The notes: generated by a model from the letters alone, not told the origin. Numbered from the stretch's first letter, positions 48,788 to 60,527 are shown. The stretch is DNA of 64,000 nucleotides from Eukaryota sp. GEM-RC1 (GCA_040285855.1 JAUFOQ010000006.1:1054001-1118000); one strand, 5' to 3'. Program-made: numbers and translations.

Positions 48788-50206
48788 ATGAGCCATTACT
48801 CTACTTTTGCAGAATCTGAAATAGCAACATGTCTGTGTTGTATGTGCGGTGAAGCTATATCTCCGAATCCGTCTTTTATGTGTATGCAGTGTCTCCGAAC
48901 TCGAATGGATATCACGGAAAACATCACACGTCAAACAGCAGTTACTCTCTGTAAGGGCTGCGCAAGATGGAAAGTGCCCCCCAAGGCTTGGGTAGTTGCA
49001 CCACTCGAATCCCGTGAACTTCTCTCCATCTGTCTCAAGCGTATCACTGGTCTCAATACAGTCCGCCTTACCGATGCCGTCTTCCTCTGGACCGAACCTC
49101 ATTCCCGACGTATCAATGTCAAGCTCACTGTTCAACGCGAAGTCTTCTCTGGAGCTATCCTCCAACAGCAAGTCGTGGTTGAGTTCATCGTCACCACCGA
49201 ACAATGCCCAGACTGTGCTCGATCCTACACTGAACATACATGGGTCGCCTCTGTCCAAGTCAGACAAAAGGTTTCCCATAAACGAACCTTCCTCTATCTC
49301 GAACAACTCATCCTCAAGAACAAGATCCATGAAACCGCCATCAACATCAAAGAAGAACGCAACGGCGTTGATTTCTTCTTCGACTCCCGTTCTCATGCTC
49401 AACGGTTCACTGACTGGTTAACCTCCGCTATTCCCGCTAAGTACAACACTTCTAAGAAGCTCGTTAGTCAGGATATCAGGAACAACACCTATCTCAACAA
49501 GTACTCCTTCTCTGTAGAGATTGCTCCTGTCTGTAAGCATGATTTGGTGTACTTACCTGCCCGTACAGCTTCTGCTCTTGGAGATTTCTCTAGATTAGCT
49601 CTAGTTAAACGTGTTGCGACCGTGTTTATCCTTACTAATCCCTTCAGTTGTCAAACTGTGGTTTTGAACTCCCAAAGGTACTGGCGGGATCCCTTTGGTG
49701 CTGTTCTTACTAGTAGACAGATGGCCAAGTTCATTGTCTTGAATGTAGAAGAAGTTAGAGGGGAGGACGCTGTGGTTGAAGCTACTGTGGCAAGAGAATG
49801 TGATTTTGGAGTTAATGATCAGTTGTTTACTGTGCCTACTGATTTGGGTAAGATCATTCATCCTGGAGATTTGGTATTAGGTTATGATTTAACCAGTGCT
49901 CAGATCAATAGTGATTTTGAGGTTGATTGGGGAAGGTTTCCTGATGTGATTTTGGTGAAGAAGGAGTATATTAGAACTAAGCCTAGGAATTATAAGCTTA
50001 AGAGGTGGGCTATTGAGAAGGCTGATATTGAAGAGGGAAATAATGAGGAGAAGGACGCGGAAGAGTTTATGAATGATATTGAAGAGGATCCTGAGTTGCG
50101 ATCTGGAATTAATTTATTTAAAATTGATGGGAATGAGCCTGATGAACATGTGGCGATTCATGAGTTGGTGGACGATTTGGAATTAGTGACGTCCATGGAA
50201 GTTTAG
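48788..50206 (+). CDS. NMD3: 60S ribosomal export protein NMD3
   Basis: CCMCG.AI.PN..MC..C, ESRELL, WTEPHSRR, VQVRQKV.HKRTF.YLEQLILK. Confidence 0.97.
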   Translation: MSHYSTFAESEIATCLCCMCGEAISPNPSFMCMQCLRTRMDITENITRQTAVTLCKGCARWKVPPKAWVVAPLESRELLSICLKRITGLNTVRLTDAVFLWTEPHSRRINVKLTVQREVFSGAILQQQVVVEFIVTTEQCPDCARSYTEHTWVASVQVRQKVSHKRTFLYLEQLILKNKIHETAINIKEERNGVDFFFDSRSHAQRFTDWLTSAIPAKYNTSKKLVSQDIRNNTYLNKYSFSVEIAPVCKHDLVYLPARTASALGDFSRLALVKRVATVFILTNPFSCQTVVLNSQRYWRDPFGAVLTSRQMAKFIVLNVEEVRGEDAVVEATVARECDFGVNDQLFTVPTDLGKIIHPGDLVLGYDLTSAQINSDFEVDWGRFPDVILVKKEYIRTKPRNYKLKRWAIEKADIEEGNNEEKDAEEFMNDIEEDPELRSGINLFKIDGNEPDEHVAIHELVDDLELVTSMEV

Positions 50207-50379
50207 TTAATTTTTTAGTTTTTGTTATTAGTTGAGTTTTCTTTAGTTTAGACTGTGTTTTTTAAACAGAATTGTTTTTCATTTCTAGTTGGCTTAAAAT
50301 GTTTATTTAATACCCACACTTTCACTGATAGTCAAAGACAAGTAGATAGCAAGAGGTTAACAAAGACAACAAGAAACTA

Positions 50380-51214
50380 CAGCTGACCTTAATTAATGTC
50401 ACTGACAATACTAGTAATTCCGAACGAACTTTTTTGGAAGACCAAACCCAAATTATTGTCACTGACATTAATTAGGAAGTGACATTAATTCAGAAAGTTC
50501 CAAAATATTGTCACTTGATTTTGTTGAATCAAATCTGTATTCGACGAGCAACTTATAAAGGAGACATCGGTCATCAAAGTACTCTTTGTAGTTTCCGATC
50601 TCATGGTACAATTGAAGGTTCTTCCTGTTGACTGCAGTTCAATTATCGAACCTGGTTATACATCGTAAAGCGATACGATTCATTCGAATTGAAAAAAACA
50701 AAACTGCATACCAACCAGTGGAAAACCGTGTTATTGATGTATTAATAGAATTGTCGTTGTTATAAATCTTCTTCCTGACTTTCAGTGCCTAGCAACATCA
50801 AAGGAATCTTGACCACCAGACTCCACCCAAAAATTAAAATATTACTCACATCTAAAATTCTACAGTGTAAAGTGTATCCACTATACTCATTGACTTGGTC
50901 ATTTTTCGGAGCAACTCATAAGAAAAGGTAAAAACGATTCGAAGGTGAAGTAAAGAGCAACAATGTACTGATCTGAACTCCAGGACAACTATTTTCAAAT
51001 GTCTTTCTCATTCCGAACAATATTTACTTGTAGTTGTACTGTATTCTTAGTATTAAGAAAAATGGAGACTTAGGGTTGAAGAAATCATATACTAAAGATG
51101 TTCCAAATTAATGTCACGTATTTTCCATGAATTGCTCAAACCTAAATTAACGTCACTGACATTAATTGCGAAATGACAAAAATTTGGAAGTGACATTAAT
51201 GAAGGTCAGCGGTG
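50380..51214. mobile_element. Non-autonomous Tc1/mariner-type element
   Basis: Imperfect TIR CAGCTGACCTTAATTAATGTCAC / GTGACATTAATGAAGGTCAGCGGTG, TA on both sides, GTCACTGACATTAATT subterminal repeats. Confidence 0.7.
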
Positions 51215-51539
51215 TACATGTACCAGAACAAATGACACGTCATAGGTCATAAATACAAGAGAATCTGCACAAGATATAAATACAAACAGGAAACACAAAA
51301 GGCTAGACTCTGCTGTCATTATGAAAAGCATGCTTCCTTCAGTGCAGAGACAATTCAGAACAATCAATACAGTTTTGATGTTGAAAATTTAAAATTTATC
51401 GTAGTGTAATTTTTTATATTGTATTGTTTGAGAACAGGCAATGGTTCATCATATTTGTTTCTCTTGTATTGTTCTGAAAAATCCAGTGAAGAAACTTCAT
51501 TTTTAGCATCCTTGAATGCACTTTTTTTTGCAAAAACCA

Positions 51540-52222
51540 AACTTGGACAATTTCTCAACTCATCGAGAGAAATAGAAAGGGAAAGGCATATTCCGATATA
51601 TGGAAAACACTAAACGGTATTTCCATTCAGCTATTCTAAACTTACGCTTCTTTCTTTACACAAATCTTCGAAATCCTTGAAAAATTGATCACCAGCAGGA
51701 CTAATAGATCCAAAAGAGAAACAGCAAAAGGTTGAAACACAGATTTGGAATATGAGTTTCAATTTAATTCTTCTACTTGAGAGTCATACTTGGAGTGTTT
51801 GAGCTTTTCAGCAGTTGTTATCGGATTAAAAGAAGAATCTAATATCCTACTAACACAAGATTTGTTACAAACATCTACTGTAGTAAAATCCAATAATGAT
51901 TGACTCGATTTTAGCCACGGAGTATGGAGATCCCCTCTTTTTGATCAGTAAATTCATTTTCTGAAAGATGATTCAAAACTGGTTCAACTTTAGAATGAAA
52001 ACCATGTGCTTTCAACATGGAATAACAAGAATCACGTACACCATCATGAATTACTGCACGTAGATGAATAAAATAACGACAATTAATTAAATGACGAAAA
52101 ACACCATTAGCTCCAGAAGAGCAAGTTGAATAGTATAATAAATTTGCAGGCCAAATAGCCAAACGAAGACTTATATTGATCATCCAAGCATCATCAGATA
52201 GATGAAATCCGTACACCTTAGG
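51540..52222 (-). mobile_element. 5'-truncated degenerate RLE retroelement
   Basis: YGFHLSDDAW...LRLA...HLINC...HDGVRD...VEP...LDFTTVD...AEKLK...FAVS. Confidence 0.82.
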
Positions 52223-52272
52223 AAAGATGTGTCATACTATATGTGTGTACTACCGGTTTAATTTATTTGAAT

Positions 52273-53355
52273 TTATACTTTTAAAAACTCACGTCGCAAC
52301 TCAACAGTTTTCTCTAAAACAAAATTGAGAGATGTTGAAGATAGCGATCTTCTACATTTAGAAAGACGCGTGATCAAATCTGGAAAAGTAGCAGGAGACA
52401 AATGCGAGAACCTATTCAATGCATAAAAGTAAGTCCTCGGTAACCATTTACGAGTTTCAAACAGAATTAACTCAAGTCTAGGATCATCAGCCAACAGAGG
52501 GGATCCAGATATAGAATTATCAACCAAAACAAGTGTATAAACTAGCAATACATGACGACCCTCATTAGATAGAGTTTCAACAAACAACCGGAAGAAAGTA
52601 TGTACATTGAAACGACTCAGACTGATTAGGAGACCACACAATTCATAAACTAAGTCAGATGTGTCCCCTTTAGAGTCCATGGTTCTCTTGACATGGCTGC
52701 GGAAGTTCTGTCGCATCGATTCAGAAATCTCACAGGTTTTTGCTGGTGGTTTTTCTGCGAGATCAATCGGCCTCCACCATATAGAATTGCCAAAGAGTTT
52801 AAAACGAGAATGTTGAGAAGTAGACGATACACCTAACTGCGAGTTGCATTCAGAAGCAACTTTCCAACAGTAATAGTAATAAAGATAGTGACCACTGGAA
52901 AGAAAGGCATATCGAAAAGGATCGATCTGAAGAAGATATTCAGAAAGAGAATCAAGATCTGAATCACCGGGTTTGGAGATGAACTTAACGAGTGTATTGA
53001 GGGTTTGAACAATGATGGGCATTTCATCTAACTTGGGACGCATGATGACAATATCCTCAGACTCAGGATCGTCTTCAACATAGGGCTTTGCTACTGTAGT
53101 ATCAGTGGATTGTCTTAAGGGATCAAAACCAAAATGGGTGTAGATCTTCATAGAAGCAAGCTTGCCATGATTTAGAAGATTGACCGCTTCTAGGGCTAAT
53201 AAGTCATGGTGAAATTTCACAAAAGCAAGGGAGAGAGTACCGTCAGAGACTATACTAAGGTGCTCAACTTTGCCACAGAATGTGAGCAAACGGAATAGGA
53301 CTTTTTCTGTTACAATAGGATCCAAATTGGATAAAATAATCCAATTATCAAACAT
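52273..53355 (-). CDS. RRM + SURP protein (U2SURP/SR140-like)
   Basis: N-terminal RRM (LSNL...AFVKF), then SURP-like YAFL...YYYYCWK and W.P motif. Confidence 0.6.
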   Translation of the reverse strand: MFDNWIILSNLDPIVTEKVLFRLLTFCGKVEHLSIVSDGTLSLAFVKFHHDLLALEAVNLLNHGKLASMKIYTHFGFDPLRQSTDTTVAKPYVEDDPESEDIVIMRPKLDEMPIIVQTLNTLVKFISKPGDSDLDSLSEYLLQIDPFRYAFLSSGHYLYYYYCWKVASECNSQLGVSSTSQHSRFKLFGNSIWWRPIDLAEKPPAKTCEISESMRQNFRSHVKRTMDSKGDTSDLVYELCGLLISLSRFNVHTFFRLFVETLSNEGRHVLLVYTLVLVDNSISGSPLLADDPRLELILFETRKWLPRTYFYALNRFSHLSPATFPDLITRLSKCRRSLSSTSLNFVLEKTVELRREFLKV

Positions 53356-53481
53356 TTATGGGAGGAAGAAAAACAGAACAATAAGACAGCATTTATGTTA
53401 GGATAACTATCAATTTTCAACAATAAGAGGAACAGATGCTGGCAGAGTGATGCAGAAGTACTAGAGAGGAAATAGTCAAAA

Positions 53482-53704
53482 CTAACGTAGACGACGAGCT
53501 TCACGTTCGGATTCAAGAAGAGTCAAAACATCACCCAAACGGACGGGTCCTTTGACATTACGGATGATTTTTCTGTCTGAATCGTGGGTAAATTCCACAC
53601 GAACTTGAGTGATACCACCACGGGAACCGGTACGGCCAAGAATATCAATGACTTTAGCGTATTTGGCTTGATCCTGAGATGAGAGAAATATCAGCAAATA
53701 CCAT
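53482..53704 (-). CDS. RPS28: 40S ribosomal protein S28 (intron 53674-53701 directly after ATG)
   Basis: [18 protein letters not shown]...[23 protein letters not shown]. Confidence 0.97.
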
Positions 53705-53774
53705 TTGATGATACGAGAAAGAAAGAGGATTGTCTTACAGCAAATATTCAGTGGCTCCTTTTTTCTCAACTAAA

Positions 53775-54214
53775 ATGCCTCTCTACAACCGTTTTGTTCA
53801 GATAGGACGAGTTGTCCTCATCACTTTTGGCGAACTAACCGGCAAACTTGCTGTTGTCACTGACGTTCTTGACGGAAACAGAGTTTGTTATCTTACCATA
53901 CTTACAACAGGTTATTGTTGAAGGTGTCTCAGTTCAATTGGCCCGCCAACCTATCTCTCTCAAGAGAGTTCAGCTTACCGATCTCTCTGTGAAAATCCCC
54001 AGAGGTATTCGTAGCTCCCTTCTACAAAAGTGTCTCGTTGAAGCCAAAATCGAAGAGCGATTCAATCAATCCGCTTGGGGCAAAAGCTTGCTCGCCGTGA
54101 CTCCCGTGCTCAATCTACCGACTTTGACAGATTTAAGGTGATGATCGCCAAAAGGCTGTTAATCTCAAGAGCAACACTATTTTCAACAAACTAAAGAAGG
54201 AAGCTAAGTTATAA
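53775..54214 (+). CDS. RPL14: 60S ribosomal protein L14 (intron 53883-53910; A-run slips near 54083 and 54151)
   Basis: RFVQIGRV...GKLAVV.DVLD.NR|VIVEG...WGK...DFDRFKVM. Confidence 0.93.
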
Positions 54215-55027
54215 ACCTTTAGTAACACATGGATATCACTTTATTAGTTGCCTTGTACTGCACTTTGCTGTTCAATCCGACATATAACAATGACATAAAG
54301 CAGTTTTCGTTCATTTCATATTCAGTTGTTTGGCCGTATTGAAAGTCATAAATAGTTTATGATAAATTACTGTTGATACCAGTAGAATGTAGATGTGATG
54401 GTTACTAAGACTGTACATATCACTACTAGTAGCAGTGGTCAAGAACATGTCAAAAACAACCACTTTCAACATGTATGACTCCGCATCAGCAATTACCACT
54501 AAAGTACAGTAAATTGAGAAACATTGAGTAACCTCTTCTCTTCAATTCGCAAATACCCCAAAAACTGTTGCGTTGCAAAAATTTGTGGAACACAGTTGTT
54601 GACGATAGAATGGCTTGTGTGTGACCAGAAGCCGCATTATTGATGCCAATTGGAATTAATTAAAAAACATGACAGTGTATGCTCAGTCACTGAAGATCGA
54701 CCTTCGTTCATTCCTAATCTGAACAAGTGCATTTTGAATACTTAATATTAGTGTTACGAGAATCGTTTCTGTAATATTTTAATTGTACAAATTCGACAGC
54801 CCAAATACTAGTACATTTTAGGGCGTAGATATGTAGAAACTTGTGTTTCAACAAAAATGCTTGTGGTAATATTCTGGTATAACACATGTACAGTATATCG
54901 ATATGTACAGTACATGTACTACTAGAAGTAGTTTGTGTAGTTGGTTATTTGTTTAGTGAATGCTACTACTGTGAATTTCATCTGAAATGCATATTTTACA
55001 ACATTCTCACACAATTTTCTCACAGCC

Positions 55028-55924
55028 ATGTCCTCTGTTTCTTCTCCTCCTTCTACAACTCCCACTGTCCGTCGGCGTTTAGATCTGTCTATAATTCCGA
55101 CATCCAGCGCTGTAGGTCTTCTTCCAAGAGAAGATTATTTTAAGGTCTCTGTAGGTGTCCTTTTTTGTCTTTCTTCTCGAAAGAAGAATAAAATTGACAT
55201 AGACAGTCTTGATGTTTACTACAGGGATCTTAGCGATCTTACACCTCCCACCCTTCAAAACCTCTTCATCTCCGTCTATAACTCTTTCGTACAGCAACAG
55301 CAGTTGATGGCACACCCTGAAGCAGAACCGAAATTTATGTTCGAATATGGAAGAACCTATGAATTTGCCAAGGTAACCGCAGATACCATCAGTGGATGGG
55401 TGTTGAGCTGGTCAACTACTGCGAACGAAAAAAAGAAACTACATGCTTTCTCCATCAGAGTTTCACCTGAAAACGTTAGCCCCGCTGACTATACTGCCTT
55501 CAAGAAGGCGAGCGTGAAAGAGGAATGTCGCAGGATTTCTGTGGAACAACTTAAAGAGCTGAACGACACTTTGAATGCTCCTCTAAGTGCTTGGAATTCC
55601 TGGGCAGAGTTGTTTCTAAAGGATGCTACCGTTCAAGCGAACACTGTACCCAACCAACTAGCTCACCTTTTTAGACGAGTTGACCTGCCACTCGACGACG
55701 AAACAGACGGTTTTGAAATGGGATTTATGGTTGCAGAGCTAGCTCGGCGTTTAGAAACAGTTGAGAGAAAAAGAAGAAAGGGTGTAGAGGACCTCATTGA
55801 AGATCTTCCAGACATAATGAGAACAGCCAGAAAAAGATCAGTTAAGAAGGCTGCAATGTGTCATGCTCTAGTTACTCAATTTAATGGGGCATTGAATGTA
55901 GAGAACTCACACCCACTTCAATAA
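55028..55924 (+). CDS. Transposon-borne protein of unknown function (ORF2)
   Basis: Intact 298-aa ORF wholly inside the TIRs. Confidence 0.75.
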   Translation: MSSVSSPPSTTPTVRRRLDLSIIPTSSAVGLLPREDYFKVSVGVLFCLSSRKKNKIDIDSLDVYYRDLSDLTPPTLQNLFISVYNSFVQQQQLMAHPEAEPKFMFEYGRTYEFAKVTADTISGWVLSWSTTANEKKKLHAFSIRVSPENVSPADYTAFKKASVKEECRRISVEQLKELNDTLNAPLSAWNSWAELFLKDATVQANTVPNQLAHLFRRVDLPLDDETDGFEMGFMVAELARRLETVERKRRKGVEDLIEDLPDIMRTARKRSVKKAAMCHALVTQFNGALNVENSHPLQ

Positions 55925-55944
55925 ATATCAACAGTTTTATTATT

Positions 55945-57003
55945 CTAAATTTTTGTTAAGGTAAGGTTTAATCAAATATGGAGATTGATAGATTTGATTC
56001 TCTTTCCAACCACCATGGTCAAAGATATCAGAACAATTAAATCGCATAAAATACTCCAGAATCAAGTGTAGATACGCAATAGGACGCAACTCACTGTATT
56101 GTCTTCTATTTGCACGGACAATTTTACGAAACTTTGAAAAAAGGTTTCAATCGGATTAGAATCCGGGCAATAAGGTGGAAGAATGTGGTATGCCACTCCT
56201 GCTTTACGCATACCATGTATGATATTGTCATGGTTGTGGATATTACAACCGTCCAACACAATACAACTTCGTGGACCACCAAAAGTATAAAGAATTCCAT
56301 GAGAATTAAGAGAGGTTAAAAATGAGACGAACTGAGATCGGTTGAAGTGGCCTTCTTGGATATGTGCCATAACATATCCATTGATATCAATAGCAACACA
56401 AGCCGAGATCGGATGAGAAACCTGAGTAGACATGAGTTTATGTACTGGAGCTCCTTTAGGGGACCAAATACTGGTTCGTTCAAAGTCTCCAGCCCTGAAA
56501 GTTATTTCATCAACAAACAGCAGACGATGTTGTCGGATGGGTCCAATAGTCATTAGAAGTCTGTTCTCGAAAGCGACTATTAAGCTCCGTTTGGCTCTCT
56601 TGACTAATATTTGGCATCGCTTCCAAGAGTATCCTGAGTGTATTAAGAAACGATGTATTGTACTGACACTAACACTTTTATGGCGTTGATGAAGCAACAA
56701 TTCTACGATTTCCCTAAGATATAGCTCCGGTGTTTCCTCAAGAGTTGTCAGAATGAAGTCTCTATCATGATCATCTAATATGGATATGTCCCTAAGATGG
56801 GATTCTTTCGGTTTAAACGCTTGTCTAACCCATCGAGATAGAGTAGATTGATTGATCGCGTAGTAAGAAGAAACCTCTGCTTGAGTTTTTTCGAGCCACA
56901 AATATGTCCATACAGCACGTACTTTCGTATCTTCACTCGCATGATGTGTAAGAGTAAAGAGATCTACTTCAGGATCGCAGAGAAGGTCAAAAGATAAGGT
57001 CAT
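55945..57003 (-). CDS. IS630/Tc1 DD34E transposase (one-base slip in homopolymer near 56137)
   Basis: HTH (QSTLSRWV; PELYLREI...SVSTIHR.L), FVDE, LDG-34aa-E with LPPYCPDSNPIE. Corrected frame ends at 55945. Confidence 0.92.
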
Positions 57004-57181
57004 GCAGAAAATGGGCTGTGAGATATTACTCTGAGAGGAAATTGGAAAAATCTCACATATTCACTTAAAAAAATTTCACAGTAGTAACACGTTCAAAAAT
57101 CGAATCTAACACGCGTGTTACGTGTTAGGACGTGTTACGTGTTAGCGTTCACTGTATTTGTTTACTTTTCATTCAAGATCA

Positions 57182-57631
57182 ATGTATCGTTATTTAGTTG
57201 CATATGATTTTGAGGCAGCTGATGACTCTGAGTTAACTGTATCTAAGGGACAAATCGTAACTTCCTTCCAACCTCTGGTTGAGGATGAATGGATTCTCGT
57301 TACCACCACACAACTACCTTCTCGAGAGGGATATGTTCCTGGTTCTTTTATGGTAGAGGCTCCTTCTTCTAGTCCTTCTACTCGGTCTCCTCTTATGAGA
57401 TCTCTCAAGTCGAGTTACTCAACAATCTCCCCTCTACCAACACTCACATCTATTTCTCCCACAAAACTTCAAAACAAAGACACCAACCCATTGTATTCAG
57501 TGGCTTCTCAATTTGAAACTCTATTGCATCGTTTTGAGAAATCACATGCTCAACTTTGTTCTCAAGTTCGCATTTTGGATCACTTATGTTCTGACCTGTA
57601 GGATGACGTCATCCTGAAGGCAATGTTGTAG
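57182..57631 (+). CDS. Small SH3-domain protein (possible intron 57566-57601)
   Basis: AYDFEAADDSELTVSKGQIV...EW...GYVPGSF. Confidence 0.8.
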
Positions 57632-58581
57632 ATTATCATGTATTATTATTTCATTTGATTCATTTTGTATAAATATCTAAGTTAACAATTTTTAAGTTAA
57701 GTAGGCACTACAATGTGATTGGGATGTTGCACTTATTTAGCCTTCCATAACTAGACCGAATTACTGAATAGAATTTATTAAAATATTGGTTCACTGACCA
57801 TCTGAGTTCAATCAATCCTTATCTGCACTGTCTTTGCAGTAATAAGAGACTTACCTTCCTGTCTTATAGAAACTAGTAGTAACAGGAACTCCCTTAGAAC
57901 AAATGCAAGTATTCAGCGATTTTAAAAGATGGATTTACTAATTTGCTTTTGAGTACTGTATACAGCATTTATGTAAATTAGTAAGTTTCAAAGAAATGAA
58001 AACGTATTGATCATTAACGCAGAAAATTCGTGGCCTATTATAAGCGATGTTTTAGAAAAACATAAAGAAATGTGTGTTTGCATTTCATATGTAAATACAA
58101 TCACAATACAATTAAAACAACGATGCTGTTTGATATAAACTTAACTATTTTTTTCAGCAACAAGAATACCCCATAATGCAGTTTGTCTTACATTTCTTAC
58201 GAAATGCCCAAAAGGTCTTATATCTTGGAATCACTAATGTTCTAAAAAAACAAGTACAATGTAGTGTAAAAGAAGTTACGCTAATGAAATTGTTTCACTT
58301 CTAAAAGGAACATCTGCAATATGGAATTCACCACATCACAAAGAATACCGTCAGATTAAGCCAAGTAAAATCCAAAGCCTACAACTCAATGATAAAACCA
58401 TAAGTCGAAAATTTCGACTCGAAATCATGAAGATTACAGTTCAATTTATATCCGAAAAGGTTCCGAAAAACAACATGATCTTTCAAACAACCTCTAAGAA
58501 AGAACAACCAAACTACAGTTTTTGTACAAAATCAAACACTTCCTTGACAAATTTCAAATAATACAATTTAATAATATTACA

Positions 58582-59676
58582 CTACGCCTTCAACTGAGAA
58601 TTCTTCACCACAACCGTCCGCTTAGTAACAACAGGATTCTGCGTCTTTAAGTTACTTTTTCTCGGTCTAGCGGACACAACAGCAACTTGACCACAAGTAG
58701 CAGAAGCACTCGAATCAATCGAATCCAGTCCAACAGAAGGCCTTGCGGGAGGTTCCTCGGCAACAGGTGCTGTACGTGTGGCTTCTAAATGTCCCGTGGC
58801 GTTCCTTATCGGCTGCATAGTGGAATACGAATACTCAGATGAAAGTTCTCGTTGGAAGGCAGAGACACCTCGTAGCATTGCATCCCTGAACTGACGTTCT
58901 GATTGAAGCTGATCACGTTTACTTAACTCCAATTCCTCTTGTGTTTGAGAAAGTTGACTTTTTAAGAGACTGATTTGTTCATGTAGCTCAGACTCCAACT
59001 CCTGCTTTTCTCGCTCCTTTTCTGAATTTAATGTTTCTAATATACGTGCTTTAGCTACTTGATGATGAATTCCCCGCCATTGAGAGAACATCGCTTTAAT
59101 AGCACGTGTGGAAAGATCCTTATCTAATGCTTTAAGTTCCCGTTGATATTGACTAGTTCTATAACAAACAAGTCGCCAAGATCCTAGTACAAGTCTACAT
59201 AGAATTTGATGTTTGGAAACCTCCGCTCTCCTACCAAGTAGAACACACGCTTGTGCAGCGATTTGTTGGGAGCGTTCAGTGGCTATTTTGTATTCCAGCA
59301 TTGATGTTCGACAGTCTTCCGCATCCTCGCGTGATAGATTCAGTTGGTGTAAAATATTGTCTTTTTCTATTTTGAATTGAGATTGAGCACGTTGAACCGC
59401 TTTTCGTTTGGTGGAGAGGAAGTGTTTCAACATGGATTGTTTAGCATGAAGTAGAGTAGTATCAAGATCGGATGCGAACAGAGCGACATCGTCATCTAGA
59501 TCATCATAGATTGGCTCATCTTGTAAGCTTTGAGGTGGAGAAGAATATGGAGAAGGAAGAGGTTGTAGATTGATTGAACCAGCTATTGCAGCAGTGGACT
59601 TTGCTACTGATTGACCAGAATGCTCAGAATGTTGTTCAGCATCAGAATCTAAAGTAGGAGATGGACTTTGGTACAT
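58582..59676 (-). CDS. POC5: Centriolar protein POC5-like
   Basis: Sfi1-like F..WR repeats, coiled coil, FRDAMLRGVSAF..E (cf. AFMRGVCALN.E). Confidence 0.7.
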   Translation of the reverse strand: MYQSPSPTLDSDAEQHSEHSGQSVAKSTAAIAGSINLQPLPSPYSSPPQSLQDEPIYDDLDDDVALFASDLDTTLLHAKQSMLKHFLSTKRKAVQRAQSQFKIEKDNILHQLNLSREDAEDCRTSMLEYKIATERSQQIAAQACVLLGRRAEVSKHQILCRLVLGSWRLVCYRTSQYQRELKALDKDLSTRAIKAMFSQWRGIHHQVAKARILETLNSEKEREKQELESELHEQISLLKSQLSQTQEELELSKRDQLQSERQFRDAMLRGVSAFQRELSSEYSYSTMQPIRNATGHLEATRTAPVAEEPPARPSVGLDSIDSSASATCGQVAVVSARPRKSNLKTQNPVVTKRTVVVKNSQLKA

Positions 59677-59703
59677 TGACAAGAATCTGAATTTTTCTCA
59701 ATA

Positions 59704-60245
59704 ATGCCTGAAGTATGGATTCTTGGAACTCTTGTTTGTGCAAAACACATCAAGTCATCATACTGTTCTTGTCATTACTCTGTACATCTTCGTGATCACT
59801 GGGAGAAGATTCAGGGCGCCGAAGAAGGCCGAACTCAAATGGCTCAAATGGACTCTGAGGGAGCTGTCTGGACACATCCTATTGATATACATCTTGCCAC
59901 GCAGACTTTTGCTGATTGGCCACTTCTTCTTTTCGAGTTTTCACTCGGGACATTTTTGGCACTGATGGATTTGCAGCATACGGTCTCATTACAGTACCAT
60001 CTGCTGCTGGTTACCATAAACTTTCTGTACCTCTATGGCGTCCTGAGGGTAATATCAGGCAGAAAATGGAGTCATTACTTCTCGGAGGTCATGCAGAGTT
60101 TGAACAAGTAGACTTTCTCTTAGATGGACAAAGTAAATCTTCAGTTCCTATTGTTTCCATGGGTGAAGTTGTTCTAGAAGTTAATGTCCTTCACAAGGGC
60201 TTTAGTCGGTCCGGGGTCATTACTTCAGAGACTCCCACACGCTAA
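59704..60245 (+). CDS. B9D2: B9 domain-containing protein 2 (frameshift near 59933)
   Basis: MPEV.I.G, W....G..EG.TQ, VW.HPID.H, WP, D.FG....AYG...VP..G.H. Confidence 0.85.
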
Positions 60246-60527
60246 CTCTGTGTCTCGGTGTCTGTTTCTCACATTTCGGAATCAGTTTTTCCCTGTAATT
60301 TTATGAATTGACATCCTTCGATGTATTATTGTTGTATTTGCTGTTTTGGCATTATAGGTTTCATTGTATTTTTATTGGTATCGACTTATGATTTCCCTAA
60401 GACATGGTTGGCGTCCTTAATTTGTGAACTGACGATCCCGAAGAATCCGTTTCAGTGGTTGTCTACAAATTGGCATCATCTTCAAATAAAATGTTCAAGT
60501 TAAAGCAATACTTCCCCTAACTTGAAC

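Larger units (their letters stand above)
54966..57084. mobile_element. Two-ORF IS630/Tc1 (DD34E) DNA transposon
   Basis: TIR CTACTGTGAA / TTCACAGTAG, TA TSD (54964-54965, 57085-57086), two convergent ORFs inside. Confidence 0.88.
54954..57154. mobile_element. ~80-bp hAT MITE interrupted by the Tc1-like element
   Basis: TSD TATTTGTT (54946-54953, 57155-57162). Removing the insert gives TIR TAGTGAATGCTAACACGT vs CAGTGAACGCTAACACGT. Confidence 0.8.

Noticed and set aside
48776..49421. Long antisense or alternate-frame ORFs over NMD3 (also over amylase and the 61.4-62.1 kb gene)
   Set aside because: Shadow ORFs caused by codon bias or repeats of the real genes.
55028..55924. Fanzor/TnpB-like RNA-guided nuclease in the Tc1 element
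   Set aside because: No RuvC motifs or Zn-finger cysteines are visible, and there is no room for a guide RNA next to the element end.
7600..59940. Pervasive programmed frameshifting or pseudogenisation (BTB, DOLK, CEP43-like, COPB, ataxin-2, RPL7, RPL14, B9D2 and others)
   Set aside because: Where they can be located, the shifts are single-base gains or losses in homopolymers, in both directions, with no shared motif, and they hit essential genes. This is typical of unpolished long reads; short-read mapping would confirm.
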